Shown piece by piece: positions 35,935 through 48,373 of a DNA stretch of 64,000 nucleotides. The DNA is from Gracilinanus agilis (taxonomy: Eukaryota). The DNA is taken from contig NC_058135.1 of the NCBI RefSeq assembly GCF_016433145.1, forward strand, positions 271,151,307 through 271,215,306, given 5' to 3'. The notes beneath the pieces were generated by a model. The model ran no database searches. It was not told the origin of the DNA and saw only the letters and a list, made by a program, of their open reading frames with translations. The translations under genes were made by a program, and so were the position numbers. The first letter of the stretch is position 1. Each line of letters opens with the position of its first letter.

Positions 35935-36444
35935 CCGACCGCGGTAGAGGCAGCTCGGCCGGCACCTGCCGCTCCGGGCCTCGGCCCTGCCCATTCACAC
36001 TGCTACATTCCACTGGGCCGGAGGACGCACCGTGGGGGGACCCTGCCTGGGGAAGGAGCCCCATGGCCGGCCTGGGGCCCGCCGAGACCCCCGCCCCCGC
36101 CCCGTGCATGTGTCTGTTGCCTGGCTTCGGAGCCCTCCTCTTCCCCGCCGAGCCTCCAGCCCGGACTGCCAGGACGCCAGCCGCCTTCGTGGCCAGCTCA
36201 GGGGAGAGAGGGAGGCCCCAGAAATGGCGCCGGGGGGCGCGGAGGGCCCGAGGCGGCGAGGGGGGAGAGCGGCTGGCCCGGCGCTCCGCGCTGCCGCCCC
36301 GCTCACTTGCCCTTCCGGCCCCGGCCCCGCCCCCTCGCACGCGCCCCTGTTCATCCCAGGCGGGAGATCCATCCAGAAGTCGGGTGGGGGAGGGTCCCGG
36401 AGCCTCGCGTGGTGTCATGTTTACAGCCCAGCTGGGTGGAACTC

Positions 36445-36450
36445 AGTAAA
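36445..36450 (+). terminator. Probable DGKZ poly(A) signal (variant AGTAAA)
   Basis: Only PAS-like hexamer I found after the stop at 35934; followed by T/GT-rich sequence (TGGATCTTTTTCCTACTAGTCTCTGTGTC). Confidence 0.55.
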
Positions 36451-37279
36451 TGGATCTTTTTCCTACTAGTCTCTGTGTCTGGGGCTGGGGGCGGCCGGGA
36501 AGGAACCCGCCGCCCGTGTGAGAGGGCCGCCCGGCCTGGAGCCCTTCTTCGCTCGGGCCAGAAGCGGTCATTCCCTTTCCTATTCCCCAGCCTGGAGTGT
36601 TGGACCACGTTGGCTTCTTCGGCCCTCTCGGGCTGTAGATGGAGGAGTGCGGGGGAACTGGGTTCAAATGGTGCTTCTGCCACTAATGGCCCTCTTTGGG
36701 TCAGGTCGCTCGCCCGTCCCGAACCTGTGAAACTAGGGGTTGGATGGAGTGGTCCCTGGGCTCCCTCCGGGTCTCATCTGGCTCCGGTCTGTCCGGTGAT
36801 CCCGGCGGGAGAAACGCCTCGGATCCCCCACCCCGACGCCTCGATGGAGGGCGCCGGTCACTGCGGATGGGAGCAGGGAGAGGCCCCGCTCCCGGGGCAG
36901 CATGGGAGGGGGGCCGGAAGGGACAGTGGCCAGTCTCCATGCAGCTCGAGCCTGCGCGGGGAGGCTGGGGGGAATCAGACGCTGCTCCCCAAGATGGGAT
37001 AAAGCCCGGAGCTTCCGCCTATCCCACAAATGGGGAAACTAAGGGCCCTGGAGCCCGGACATCCACGGGGGGAGCCGCTTCGGTGGCCGCCCAGCCTTCC
37101 TCCTCTGATGAAACCTCAGTTTCCCCGAGAGTCCTGGAGAGAGCGGCCCTTCGGCCGGGCTCCCCCGGCTCCCCCCAGCTCCCGAGAGCAGTCTGGGGGC
37201 ATCCTCCGGCCGGCCCCCGGAGGCGTGGAGGCGGGGGCTGGGCCCTCGGGGAGGGTCGGGGCGGCCGGGAGTCCCTCCC

Positions 37280-37470
37280 CTCGGTGGGGAGGGGGCGGAG
37301 GCCCATGTGACCGGCTCAGACCGGTTCTGGAGACAAAAGGGGCTGGGGCGGGCGGGAGGAGCCCGAGTCTCGGGGACTGTGGGACGGGCAGGGGTTCGGG
37401 CAGCGGCGGGATCGGAGCTCAGAGCAGGCAGAGAGCGAGCGAGCGCGCGAGGAGCCGGGCCCGGGGCCGA
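37280..37470 (+). promoter_or_regulatory. MDK core promoter and non-coding exon 1 (CpG island)
   Basis: GC box (GGGGGCGGAG), CATGTGAC E-box, GAGACAAAAGGGG, then a GA-rich leader ending at donor CCGA|GTGAGC (37470/37471). Acceptor CCCCAG|G at 37716/37717 lies one base before the ATG. Confidence 0.55.
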
Positions 37471-37717
37471 GTGAGCCACCCAGGGACCCAGGGGTGCGGG
37501 GAGGGCAGAGCAGCCCGGGAGGCCCCCACGAGGCCCCTCATCCTTGGCTGGGCCCGGTCTGAGGAGGGGGTGGGGGGAGCCTGGGCCTCGGCCCATTGTG
37601 GGGGTTCCAGCGCTCCACGGAAGGGGCACCCCCTTCCCTACACACCCCGCGGCGCTCCGTGACTGGGGGCCACAGGGCCATCGCGCGCTGACCCCCTCCC
37701 CGCCCCGCCCCCCCAGG

Positions 37718-38408
37718 ATGCAGCTCCGAAACTTCCTTGTGCTCACCCTCATGGCCCTCCTGGCCCTCCCCTCCGAGGCCGCCAAGAACAAGAAAGGTGA
37801 TGGGGGGCTGAGGGGGGGTGCCGGGGCCGGGGGGGCTGCGGGAGGGGGGAGCGCGCCCTGGAGCTGAGAGCCGCTCTCTGCAGACAAGGGGAAGAAGGGC
37901 AGCTCCGAGTGCGAGGACTGGAACTGGGGGCCCTGCACCCCCAGCAGCAAGGACTGCGGCATCGGCTTCCGCGAGGGCAGCTGCGGGGGCGAGAGCCGGC
38001 GCCTCAAGTGTAAGGTCCCCTGCAACTGGAAGAAGGAGTTCGGAGGTAAGCGGGGCCCGGAGCGGGGCGCGGGGGCCCGGGCCCGGGGGAGGGGGAGCGG
38101 CCGGCCCCCACCCATCTCCGCCCTTCTCTAGCCGACTGCAAGTACAAGTTTGAGAGCTGGGGCGCCTGCGACGGCAGCACGGGCACCAAGACGCGCCAGG
38201 GCACCCTCAAGAAGGCCCTCTACAACGCCCAGTGCCAGGAGGCCATCCGAGTGACCAAGCCCTGCACCCTCAAGGCCAAGGCCAAGATCAGAGGTCAATG
38301 TCCGCCCCCGGGAGGGGGAGGGGGTGGCAGGGCAGGGCCCCCCTCCTTCTCCCCGCTAAGCCGCCCCGCTTCTGTTTCACAGCCAAGAAAGGGAAGGGGA
38401 AGGACTAG
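37718..38408 (+). CDS. MDK: Midkine (heparin-binding growth factor), 4 coding exons, 142 aa
   Basis: Exons 37718-37796, 37884-38045, 38132-38293, 38383-38408. Signal peptide MQLRNFLVLTLMALLALPSEA; N-domain ECEDWNWGPCTPSSKDCGIGFREGSC...CKVPCNWKKEFG; C-domain ADCKYKFESWGACDGSTGTKTRQGTLKKALYNAQCQEAIRVTKPC; basic tail AKKGKGKD*. Ten Cys of the MDK/PTN family. Confidence 0.97.
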
Positions 38409-38631
38409 ATCTCCGCCCGGACACCGTGCTGCCTGCCTGCCTGCCTGCCTGTGGAGGGGCGCCTTGGGGGGCCCCTGCCTCGGCACCCCTCTCCCTCCCC
38501 GGCTCCCCTACCCCCGTCCTCCACACCAGGTGCCTTGCTCTGACCGTTAGCTTTATCAATCAGGTCTCCCCCTCCCGCAGGGATGGGAGCCCCGATCTCT
38601 GCCTGGCCCCCGCCTCATCCAAGCCATCACC

Positions 38632-38687
38632 TTTATTAAAAGAGAAAAATAAAGCCTTTTTTCCAATAAAAGCCTTTTGTTTTTAAT
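38632..38687. terminator. Poly(A) signal cluster on both strands (MDK +, CHRM4 -)
   Basis: Plus strand: ATTAAA 38635-40, AATAAA 38648-53, AATAAA 38665-70. Minus strand: ATTAAA 38687-82, AATAAA 38637-32. Confidence 0.7.
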
Positions 38688-40207
38688 ATAGAAAAGCTCC
38701 TTCTCTGCTAGTTTAGCGGCAGTTTGGGGGGGGGGGACGAAGGGGCTGGGAGGAAGATCCAGAAACAGGGCCAGGAACGCCCATGTGCCCGCCGGCCCTT
38801 GTCCAGCTAGCCCATGGGAAAAGCAGCTTTTCACAAAATGAAAACCCCTGACACCACCATGCCCCTTCCTGCCAGTGACATCAACGGACGCTCCACAGCA
38901 GTGGGCAGGGTTGGGGGAGATACTGGCCCTCCCTCCCTTTCCCAGATACTTCCTGGGTGGCCCCAGCCTGAAGGAAACGGAGCCGCCCCCTTCTGAAAAG
39001 TGGGCATGCACCTGGAGGGGGCCCACTAGACAGAGAGAAACTGAGTCTCAAAGAAGCCTCATGTGCCCGTGCGGGCCGGGTCTCCCTCTCGCTCTCCCAG
39101 TTTCTCTCGGTTTCCCTCTTCTCCCATCTCCATCCGATGCCCGCCTCTCTCCTGCACACAAAGCCCAGCCCTCCCAGGTGCCACCCCGATGTGGGTACAT
39201 TTCCAGAGCTGCTGCAGCCACAGTTCCTTCTTCCCGGGGCTGCCCCTGCCCTCATGCCCATGTTAGTCTCTGGCATCAGCATCTCGGACCAAGGCAGGAA
39301 GTGGGAAAGCCTCCCCAAAGCTCAACGGACACTGTGAAGCCATGTGGCTGTGCCAAGCCCATGTGGGGCAGGGAGAGCCAGCCAAGGAGGCGACCTCTGG
39401 GGTTCGGTGGCCCTCAGGGGCTTGGCTGTTCCCAGGATCCAGTCGGTAACCCACTAGAGGTCCCACAGCCTTGGGAGGAGCAGGGGGACCCCGCAGGGCA
39501 GCTGCAAAGGGGGAAGTGGGGAGGGGGATTTCCCGGAGGGTAGGGCTGAGCCCTGCATGCAGGTGGGTTAAGGGCAAGCAGTGCCATTTACACACGGGGT
39601 GGGGGGGAGGGATGGGGGCTGCTCCCCCACATCAGGACCCTCTGAGTCAAGGATTCCACCTCCCCACCCTGACCCCCAAGAAGCCAAGCATCCTCCAAGC
39701 TCTGTGCCTCCTCGTGCCCCTGCCCACCTAGCGGTCCTCATGGCTGGAGTTCAAGCCGGAGCCTCCCCTCCTGCCGCTGCCTCCCTGGCACCCGGGCCAG
39801 CACCCTCCCCTCAGCCCCCCTCCAGTCCCCAGGATGGGCGTCTGGTCATCTTCGCCCGACCGGCCCAGGCTTCCATTAGGGCGTCGGACGTCGGCCTGTC
39901 GGACGCCGCCCAAACCCCTTCCCTCGGCTCTCCGCACCAGGGCACGCGGCTCCTTCTGGCGGGGGGTCTCTCGGGGCCTGAGAAGAATCCACAGATGCCC
40001 TCCGGAGCCCAAGTCCGCCTCGGGGCCCCCCGGGCGGCTCAGTCTGGCCGGCCCCAGGCACGGGGGTCCCGCGAGGAGCGGGCGGCCCAGACGTCCTCGC
40101 TTGGGTGACTTTGGGCACCCGCTGGGGACGCGCCGGAGGCCCGGGAAGAGGGCGGCCAGGGTGCGAGCGTCCCCCCTCCGGAGGCGGCGGCGGGCGGGGC
40201 CGGCCGC

Positions 40208-41647
40208 TTACCTGGCGGTGCCGATGTTTCTGTACTGGCACAGCAGCAGGTGCTTGAAGGTCTTCTTGAAGGTGGCGTTGCACAGCGCGTAGCAGGCGGG
40301 GTTGATGGTGCTGTTGACGTAGCACAGCCAGTAGCCGATGGACCACACGGTGTCGGGGACGCAGCTCTGGCAGAACGTGTTGACCAGCACCATGACGTTG
40401 TAGGGCGTCCACGTCACGATGAAGGCCAGCAAGATGGCGAAGATGGTCCGCGTCACCTTCCTCTCGCGGGCCGCCATCTGCCGCTTCTTCCTCACCTGGT
40501 TGCGGGCGATGCTGGCGAACTTGCGGGCCACGTTGGCGGCGGGCCGCAGGCCGGCCGGCGTGGCGGGGACGATCTCGATGGCCGTCACGCACTCGTTGCC
40601 CGTCTGCTTGGTGACGATCTGGATCTTGGACCACTTGGAGGCCGGGTTGAGGGCTCGCGGGCGCGGGGGCAGCGGGGTGGACGGGCTGCAGCCGGTCTCG
40701 GCCGTCGACCCTTCGGTCAGGGGCCTCTCGCGGGTGTTCTGGGTGACGCTGGCCGAGCTGGAGTCGTTGGACGTGTCCTTGTCCTCGGGGGGCCGCGGCG
40801 GCAGCAGCCCCGGCGGGGGCGCCTCCTCCAGCCGCCCGTTGCGGACGTCCTCCTTGGCCGCGTCCCCCGGCTTCCGGCCCGGCTTGGGCTTCACCAGGGG
40901 GCTGCGGAGGAAGGACAGGCTCTTGGCCTTCTTCTCCTTGGGCCCCTCGGCGCGGTGCTTGTGCACCCGGCTGCGGCTGGCCAGCGAGATGTGCACGTAG
41001 AGCACCGTCATGATGACCACCGGCAGGTAGAAGGCCGCGATGGCCGTGCCGAAGGTGACCGCCGGGTTGGACAGGAACTGGATGAAGCACTGGTTGTCCG
41101 GCACCGTCCGCTCGCCCACGACGAACTGCCAGAAGAGGATGGCCGGCGCCCAGAGCACGAAGGACAGCACCCAGGCGGCGGCGATCATGAGGCCCGCCAT
41201 CTTGGTGGTGCGCCGGGCCGGGTAGGTGAGCGGTTTGGTCACGCAGAAGTAGCGGTCGAAGCTGATGATGAGCAGGTTCATGACGGAGGCGTTGCTGACC
41301 ACGTAGTCCAGCGCCAGCCACAGGTCGCACACCACGGCCCCGAGCGGCCAGTAGCCCTTGATGATGTACACCGTGTACAGGTTCATGGAGAAGGCGCCGA
41401 TGATGAGGTCGGCGCACGCCAGGCTGAACAGGAAGTAGTTGTTGACCGTCTGCAGCTGCCGGTTGACCTTGATGGACAGCATGACCAGGATGTTGCCCAC
41501 GACGGTCACCAGGCTCAGCGAGCCCGTCACCGTGGCGATGAACACCATCTCCACCGTCTCGTAGCGGTTGGGGGACGCCGGCATCGCCTGCACCGACTGG
41601 CCCGACTGGTTGCCGAAGCTGCCGTTGACCGGCGTGAAGTTGGCCAT
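40208..41647 (-). CDS. CHRM4: Muscarinic acetylcholine receptor M4, intronless CDS, 479 aa
   Basis: [10 protein letters not shown]...[29 protein letters not shown]; TM2 LACAD; TM3 [27 protein letters not shown]; M2/M4-type end of i3 ([23 protein letters not shown]); TM6 WTPYN; TM7 NSTINPACY; ends QYRNIGTAR* (TAA). Splice acceptor at 41675/41674, 27 nt before the ATG. Confidence 0.98.
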   Translation of the reverse strand: MANFTPVNGSFGNQSGQSVQAMPASPNRYETVEMVFIATVTGSLSLVTVVGNILVMLSIKVNRQLQTVNNYFLFSLACADLIIGAFSMNLYTVYIIKGYWPLGAVVCDLWLALDYVVSNASVMNLLIISFDRYFCVTKPLTYPARRTTKMAGLMIAAAWVLSFVLWAPAILFWQFVVGERTVPDNQCFIQFLSNPAVTFGTAIAAFYLPVVIMTVLYVHISLASRSRVHKHRAEGPKEKKAKSLSFLRSPLVKPKPGRKPGDAAKEDVRNGRLEEAPPPGLLPPRPPEDKDTSNDSSSASVTQNTRERPLTEGSTAETGCSPSTPLPPRPRALNPASKWSKIQIVTKQTGNECVTAIEIVPATPAGLRPAANVARKFASIARNQVRKKRQMAARERKVTRTIFAILLAFIVTWTPYNVMVLVNTFCQSCVPDTVWSIGYWLCYVNSTINPACYALCNATFKKTFKHLLLCQYRNIGTAR

Positions 41648-42262
41648 CTCGGCCAGGCGGCTCGCGGAGGGCGTCTGAGGAGACAGAGAGGGGAGGGGTT
41701 GGGGCGGCCGCCGGACCCCCGTCCCCAGCCCGGGCGGCCCCGGAGCCCCCCCGAGGCGTCCCGGGAAGAGAGCTCCGGGGCTCGGCCGTGCCCGACTCTT
41801 TGGGAGCCGCCGGAGGCTTTCCGGAGCGGTTTGCCACCGGGAGACGGGCACTCCGGGGTCCCCCGGCTGCCCCGCGGGGTCGGGACGGGCACGGATGGAG
41901 GCTGTTCCAGGGACGCCCAGGAGGGAGATGCCCCGCCGGTCGAGAGAGAAGCGCCTCACCTACCCCGGCAGGGAGGGGCTGTGACGTTCCCCGTGGAGGC
42001 AGACGGGAAGGAGACTCGCCCAGGGTCACTCGGTGTCCAAGGCTGGAGGGGAGCTCGGCTCCTCCTGACGGGAGAGCACCGAGCCCAGAGTCAAGGAGAC
42101 TCTTCCCGAGTTCAAATCCAGCCTCAGACACTTCCTAGCCGGGTGACCCCTGGGTGAGTCACATCTCTGATAGGCAGCACCAGAGAAGGCCCCGGGGGGG
42201 GGGGGGCAGCAGAGCCCAGAGGAGGGAAACCTTCATTACACAGATGGGAAAACTGGAGGGGG

Positions 42263-42287
42263 CGTGTGTGTGTGTGTGTGTGTGTGT
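42263..42287. repeat. (GT)n microsatellite
   Basis: About 12 GT units. Confidence 0.85.
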
Positions 42288-42899
42288 GAGACAGCTGCAA
42301 GGACAAAGGAGCTGGAACTTGGAGGGCAGCCAGGCCAACACCTTTGTTTTACAGGGGAAGAAACTGAGGCCAAAAAATGGAGATGAGGCCTGGAACTGCC
42401 CGTGTCTCTGAGAAGATCCCTTCCCATCCTAAGCCTCAGCAGCCTCCTCTGTGAAATGGGTGGGTGTTTGGATTAGAAGGTACTTAAGGAGCCTGCTGGT
42501 CTCCAGAGGCAGCTTCCTCCCCAGGCCAGGCCAGAGGTCACTGACCAATGGCAACATCATGACTCAGTCCCACGGGCACTGGGCAGAGAAGGGCAAAGAA
42601 GTGGGAAAAGGCCTTGAGTGTCAGCCCAGAGCCCAGACCACGGATGCAGAGTCCTTCCCCCGTTGTCAATTCCAGGCCAGGCTCTCCCTCCAGCTCCTCT
42701 CCAGAGCCATCTGGGCACCTCCCTGGGGGTCACGGGCTCTCTGGAGCTGCCGGCAGCCCACTCCCCTCCCCTCCTGCTGTGGCTGTGTTTACGGAAGAGA
42801 CCCAAATGCAAAAATCACACCCTTGCCCAGCCGGCAGCCCTGGGCCCTCGCAGCAGCAGCCCAGGCCCACAGCTGGCACATGCATGCAGGCTTGGGGCC

Positions 42900-43714
42900 A
42901 AGCGCCCTGACACTCACACCCACCAAAGTGGCTGTGTCACTCACACACACACACACACACACACACAAATATACACACACACACCCTGACACTTACCCCC
43001 TCCTAGCTGCTGTCACTCAAACACACACAGAAACATACACAAAGAAATACACACAGAGAAATATACACAGACACACCCTGACACTCACACTCTCCGGCAT
43101 GGCCACTGTCACTCACACAAATGGAAACATACACGGAAACACACACAGAGACACATCCTGACACTCACACCCTCTGACGTGGCCACTGTCACTCACATGC
43201 AGAAATATACACAAAGAAATACACACAGAGAAATACACACAGACACACCCTGATACTCACACCCTCCAACGGGGCCGCTGTCACTCACACACACAGAAAC
43301 ACACACAGACACACCCTGACACTCACACCTTCAAACATGGCTGCTGTCACTCACACATACTGAAACACACAGAAATACACATACAGACACACCCTGAAAC
43401 TCACACTATCCGACATGGCTGCTGTCACACACACACACACACACACACTCACACCCTCTGACGTGGCCGCTGTCACTCACACACACACACACAAATATAA
43501 CACAGAGAAATACACACACAGACACTCACACCCTCTGATATGGCCATTGTCACACACACACACACAGAAACACACACAGAAATACACACAGAGACACACC
43601 CTGACACTCACACCCTCTGACATGGCCACTGTCACACACGTGCACACACGAAAACATACACAGAGACACACACAGAGACACACCCTGATACACCCTCTGA
43701 CGTGGCCGCTGTCA

Positions 43715-43755
<41 letters not shown>

Positions 43756-44150
43756 AAATATAACACAGAGAAATACACACAGACACTCACACCCTCTGAT
43801 ATGGCCATTGTCACACACACGCACACACACACAGACACACCCTGACACTCACACCCTCTGACATGGCCACTGTCACACACGTGCACACACGGAAACATAC
43901 ACAGAGACACACCCTGATACACCCTCTGACGTGGCTGCTGTCACTCACACTCACACACACACACACACAAATATAACACAGAGAAATACACACAGACACT
44001 CACACCCTCTGACATGGCCACTGTCACACATGTATGCACACGGAAACATACACGGAGACACATACAGAGACACACCCTGATACACCCTCTGACATGGCCA
44101 CTGTCACACATGTACACACACGGAAACAGACACGGAAACACACCGAGGAA
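42900..44150. repeat. CA-rich compound minisatellite (~16 units of ~60-95 bp) in the CHRM4 intron
   Basis: Unit core CCTGACACTCACACCCTCTGAC(A/G)TGGCCACTGTCAC separated by (CA)n and CACAGAAATACACACAGAGA spacers. Confidence 0.9.
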
Positions 44151-46961
44151 TGCGCACACCCAGACGCACTCACACGACAGGCCCCGGCAGCCGTCTACAC
44201 GCGTAAACATCCCTGCCATATCCTATTCTTAACCCAGACACGGCTGCGACAGAGGGCACAGCTGTTTAGAGCCTCCTCCTCCTCCTCTGGCAGAGCCTTC
44301 CACAAAAGCATCCACACCCAGATGGAGATGGAGGGAGGGCTGGAAAGCAGGAGGCCGGGCTCTGGGCCCAGTTCTGCCACGAGCTCGCTGGGTGACTTAG
44401 GGCGGCTTCTCCCAGCCTCAGTCGTCCTCATCTGTCAAACGAAGGTGTCAGACTAGACCTTCCTGCTCTAACATCCTCGGTTCTAAGGGCTCCCCCTTCT
44501 CAGACGTCCCCTGTTCTAGGGTCTCCTGAAGCTCCCGGGTTCTAAGGAGCCTCCCAGCGCTGACATGGCAGGTTCGAAGGCCTCTCCGGCTCTGAGGTTT
44601 TATGCTTTAAGGTTCCTTTTCCCCCAGCGTCCCGGGCCAGGGAACTTCTCTCTGGCAGATGACGGGAGACATGCTCTGCCCTGAAGGCCCCAACCAGAGG
44701 AGGCCAAGCCTGGGTCGTAGCCAGGGGTGGGGGGCTGCGTGCTAGGGGCCAGGCTTCTGCTCCGCCTTGGCCTCCTTGGCAGATGAGGGTCCCCCCATCA
44801 CGCGCCCTGGCAGTGGTTGGCAGCACCGACATGAGGCTCTGAGCCGAGGCAGCAGCCTCCTGGGACTCTCCAAAACGTGGGTCTGAATTTATCCTAAGGC
44901 AGGCGGGGAGAGTAGCGAGGGCGCCCCGGCCTGGAGGCTGGGCCCTGGGGGAAGGAGGAAGATGAGAAGAGGCGGGGAGTTGGTCACCCCTCCCAGGCGC
45001 CAAATTGGACCACCCCCCCAACCCGGCTTCTCTTCCCTGCCAAGCACCCATTTCCATGAAGCCACAGGGGAAACGAGGGTCCCCAAGAGGCTTTGGGGCA
45101 GGGAACGAGGCTCCCCATTGCTTCACACCTCTTAGAAGGTACCAAAGGGAGCCCTGCTCTGGGCTTGCTCTGCAGACCTCAGTTTCCCCATCTGTAAAAT
45201 GAAGAGGCTGGATGGGATGGCCCTTGAGAACCCTCCTAGCTCGGACATCCTCTGTCCTACGGTTCCTCCCAGCCAGGCAGTCTCAGTGCTCTGGTTTTAG
45301 GGGTTCAGCTGGGTCTCGTTTCGAGCCTCCAGCCTGGAGTCACCCCTTGGCAGGCTGTGCGTCCTCTGGGTCCTCTGGTCCCCGCTGTGGGCAGCGCCGC
45401 CCCCCTGGATCCCCGCCTCAGGACTATGTTCCTCCGTTCTGCCAGAATCCCCCCTGCCAGGGCGTCTCGGCTGGGAGCCCCACGTGAAGGGGCCTGGGAG
45501 GCGGGCAGAGGCTTCAGGCACCCTCGCAGACCCTTGCTGGCAGGCACTTACCTCTGGGGGGCACCAGGAGGGCTTTGCAGGAGGCCCTGAGACCCTGGCC
45601 GGGTCATTTCCGCCTCTCACTGCCCCAGCCTCTGGAAAGGGGCACCCGGGGCCCGTCTGCGTGGGCAGAGGGAGGCTCCTCATTGGGGCGCGTCTACATC
45701 CATCCAATCACTCCAGGAAAAAGAATGTGAGTCCAACCCCCTCATTTTACAAATGGAGAAACTGAGGCACAAAGTATGTGTTTGGGAGACAGATTCAAGG
45801 CCATCTCGGAACCTGGAGGGGGACCCCAAACCCTGGCCCAGAGGCTGGCCCTTCCCGGAGCTCCAGCACACAGGAAGCCCTTTTGGTTCCGAGCTGGACC
45901 TCCTTAGCATAGTTCTAAGGCAGAAGGGCAGGAAGGGCTGGGCCGGGGCAGGGACTGGCCTAGGGTCAGCCAGCGGGGAGGACCATCCCTAAGCCCGGCT
46001 CTCTATCTGCTTGGTCACTAGCTGCCCCCTCAGAAAGGCCAGCCCGGGGGCTGCAGTTGAGGGAAACTGAGGCAGCCACCAGTGACCCCAGCCAGGAGTC
46101 GGCTTTGGGTCTCCCCCTCCCTCGGGGAGGCCTCCAGGCTCGAAGGAAGTGCCGGCCTGCCCGGAAGAGGAGGGCCCGGCAGGGCCCCGGGCTGGCGGGG
46201 TGCCGGCAGGCTCGAGGGGGCAGCTGGGGCCGGGAGGTGGGCGCCTGCCTTGGCTTTTTCCCTCCGGGGCTCCGGAGCCTCCGTGGCTCTGCAGCACGCG
46301 GGGAGGGAGGCGGGCAGCCGGGCCCGGGCCCGCAGCAGGGAGCTGCCCCCCTGGGGGAGGAATGGGCAGAGCCTTCCCCCCGTGCCGGTGCCCATCTCCA
46401 GGGCAGGCAGAGATGCGGCCGAGGGACCGCGATCGCCACTAGATGGTGCTGTCGGGCCTGCCAAGCGCTGAGCACAATCGCCCCTGCGGATGGGGCCGGC
46501 TGAGGAAAAAGGGGGAAAGGAATTGGGGAGGGGGCAGCGGAGAGGGGGCCCGGGAAGGGGCCTGGCGGCTCCCGCCCTCCTAGGGAGGGGGGACGCAGAG
46601 GGGGGTCTCCCGGGGCGCCCTGGGGCCGACTCAGCCCCGCTCGGTGTCCTGGCAGGACGGCCAGGCTGGCCGGAGAGAGGCAGAGTTGGGAGGTGGGATT
46701 TTAGCCGGCCGCCTTCCTTCCCAAGCTGGGAGGGGGGAGCCGAGGCAAGGGCCTGAGTGGGAACGGAAGGAAAGGGAGGGAGGGCCGGCGGAGGGAGCGG
46801 ATCGCAATCAGCATGCGTATTTTCTGCCTAGGGACTCTCCCACTCACATTCTGAGTGTGGACGGACCCCGTGCATGCGTGTAAATGGGCATATGTAGACG
46901 GGCACGCGGCCAGCGCCGTATGGATGTGGACAGGCTCAGGCCCTTCAAATGCCAGGCTTGG

Positions 46962-46999
46962 GAGGAGGAGGAGGAGGAGAAGGAGGAGGAGGAGGAGGA
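46962..46999. repeat. (GGA)n microsatellite
   Basis: About 12 GGA units with one interruption. Confidence 0.85.
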
Positions 47000-48373
47000 A
47001 GGCACACTAAACGGGGCAAAAGAAAGAGCAGAGGGGCCGGCGAGCCCCGGCCCCCTCTCAGCGCAGCCCTAAGGGAAGCGGCCGAGGGGTGGGGAGGGGT
47101 CCCGAGAGGGGCAGAGGCGAGGCCGGAGCCAGCGAGTCCTCCCCGCCTCGGCCCAGGCCAGCCCTGCCACGCCACATTCTCTCCCTCCAGTCCCAAGTCC
47201 AACATGGGCAAAATTGGTTTGAAATGTGCCCGGCTCTAAAGCGGGAGGCGGCCGGCGAGGAAAGCTCCCAGCCCGAAGGAGGCTTCCCTGGGGCCAAAGG
47301 AAGTCCTTCAGCGGGGCCAGCAGGCTCGGCCATCGGGGTCCTCCCCATCGGGGCGCCTAACACTTGGGGCACTTGCTTGTAAGCGCCCGAGGTGCCAGCT
47401 CTGGGGAAGGGGCTGCCCCGGAGGTCCCGCACCTGGCGCCTGGAGGGCACCCTGAGGAGGAGCGATTCCAGGAAAGGCGGCGGGGGCTTGCCAGTCTGCG
47501 ACTCAAGGAGCCAGGCTGCGAGAGGGCTTCCAGGGCCCGGCAGAGGGTGCCCATGAGGGGCGGCCCTTCAGGCTCGTTCTGCCTACGGGGCTCCTGCGGC
47601 CAGGTGGGGAAATGAAGCCCCTGAAACTCCCCGCCTCCTAGGTGGGTGGGAGGGTGAGGAGCCTCGTCTGTGGCTTGGGGGGGCCCTCCAGGGGGCAGGT
47701 GTTGCCCCCTCTCAGGCGGCAGGTAGTGGGCTCCGGGGTCTGTCTCAGCCCGAGCTCCGTTGGGTCCTCAGAGATAGCAAGGGGCGCTGAGCCCTAGTGA
47801 GCCCCTGAGGTCACCCACTGTGATGACGCCATGGAGCCGGGTTCTGCTGGGGATCCAAGGATCCTTTGGGTGCTGGTCCTCACCAGCTTCCTCCTTCCCT
47901 CCCTCCCTCCTTCCCCAGGACTGCGGGTTGGGGAGGCCCTAGGATGGTTGAGAGGTTTGTCTACCTTCAGGATAGCTCTTGGGGGGGGGGGGAGGTCCTC
48001 GAGGAGAGCTGGGGAAGGGAATGGAGTCCCCTGGGTGCGCCCCCCCCCCAAAGCTGGGCGGAAGCGCACGGCCACCCACGAGGCGGGTTCCCGGAGGAAG
48101 GCTTAGGCGTGGGGCTCGCTTGAGTGGGGCGCACGGAGGGGGGGGCGCTGCTAGAGGCTGTGGGAGCCCCCCAGGCCAGGACCGGGCGAAGTTGAGGGGC
48201 GGGCGCCTGTCCGGGCCGCTCCTAGGCTGCGCGCTCCCCGACGCCCTTCTCTCCTCTCTCTGGGGGGCTCTGCTTCCCGACCCTCCGCCCCGGCCCTGGG
48301 ACTCCCCCTAGGCTCCAGCTGTGCGCTGGGCTGCGAGTCGGGAGCTCCCCGCGCCCTCTCCCCCAGCACTTAC

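Noticed and set aside
36500-37300. Retinoic-acid response element reported for eutherian MDK promoters
   Set aside because: Only isolated RGGTCA/GGTTCA half-sites were seen; no convincing DR5 or DR2 pair.
34994-38115. Long minus-strand ORFs 34994..36418 (474 aa) and 37039..38115 (358 aa)
   Set aside because: Antisense to DGKZ/MDK in very GC-rich DNA where stops are rare; Pro/Gly/Arg/Ala-biased with no domain.
41648-41959. In-frame N-terminal extension of CHRM4 (583-aa ORF)
   Set aside because: It crosses a clear splice acceptor at 41675/41674; the conserved start is [10 protein letters not shown] at 41647.
39876-42157. 751-aa alternative-frame ORF (-) and 635-aa antisense ORF (+) overlapping CHRM4
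   Set aside because: Expected by-product of near-total G/C at third codon positions in the CHRM4 CDS; no independent start context or splice support, and both extend into intron.
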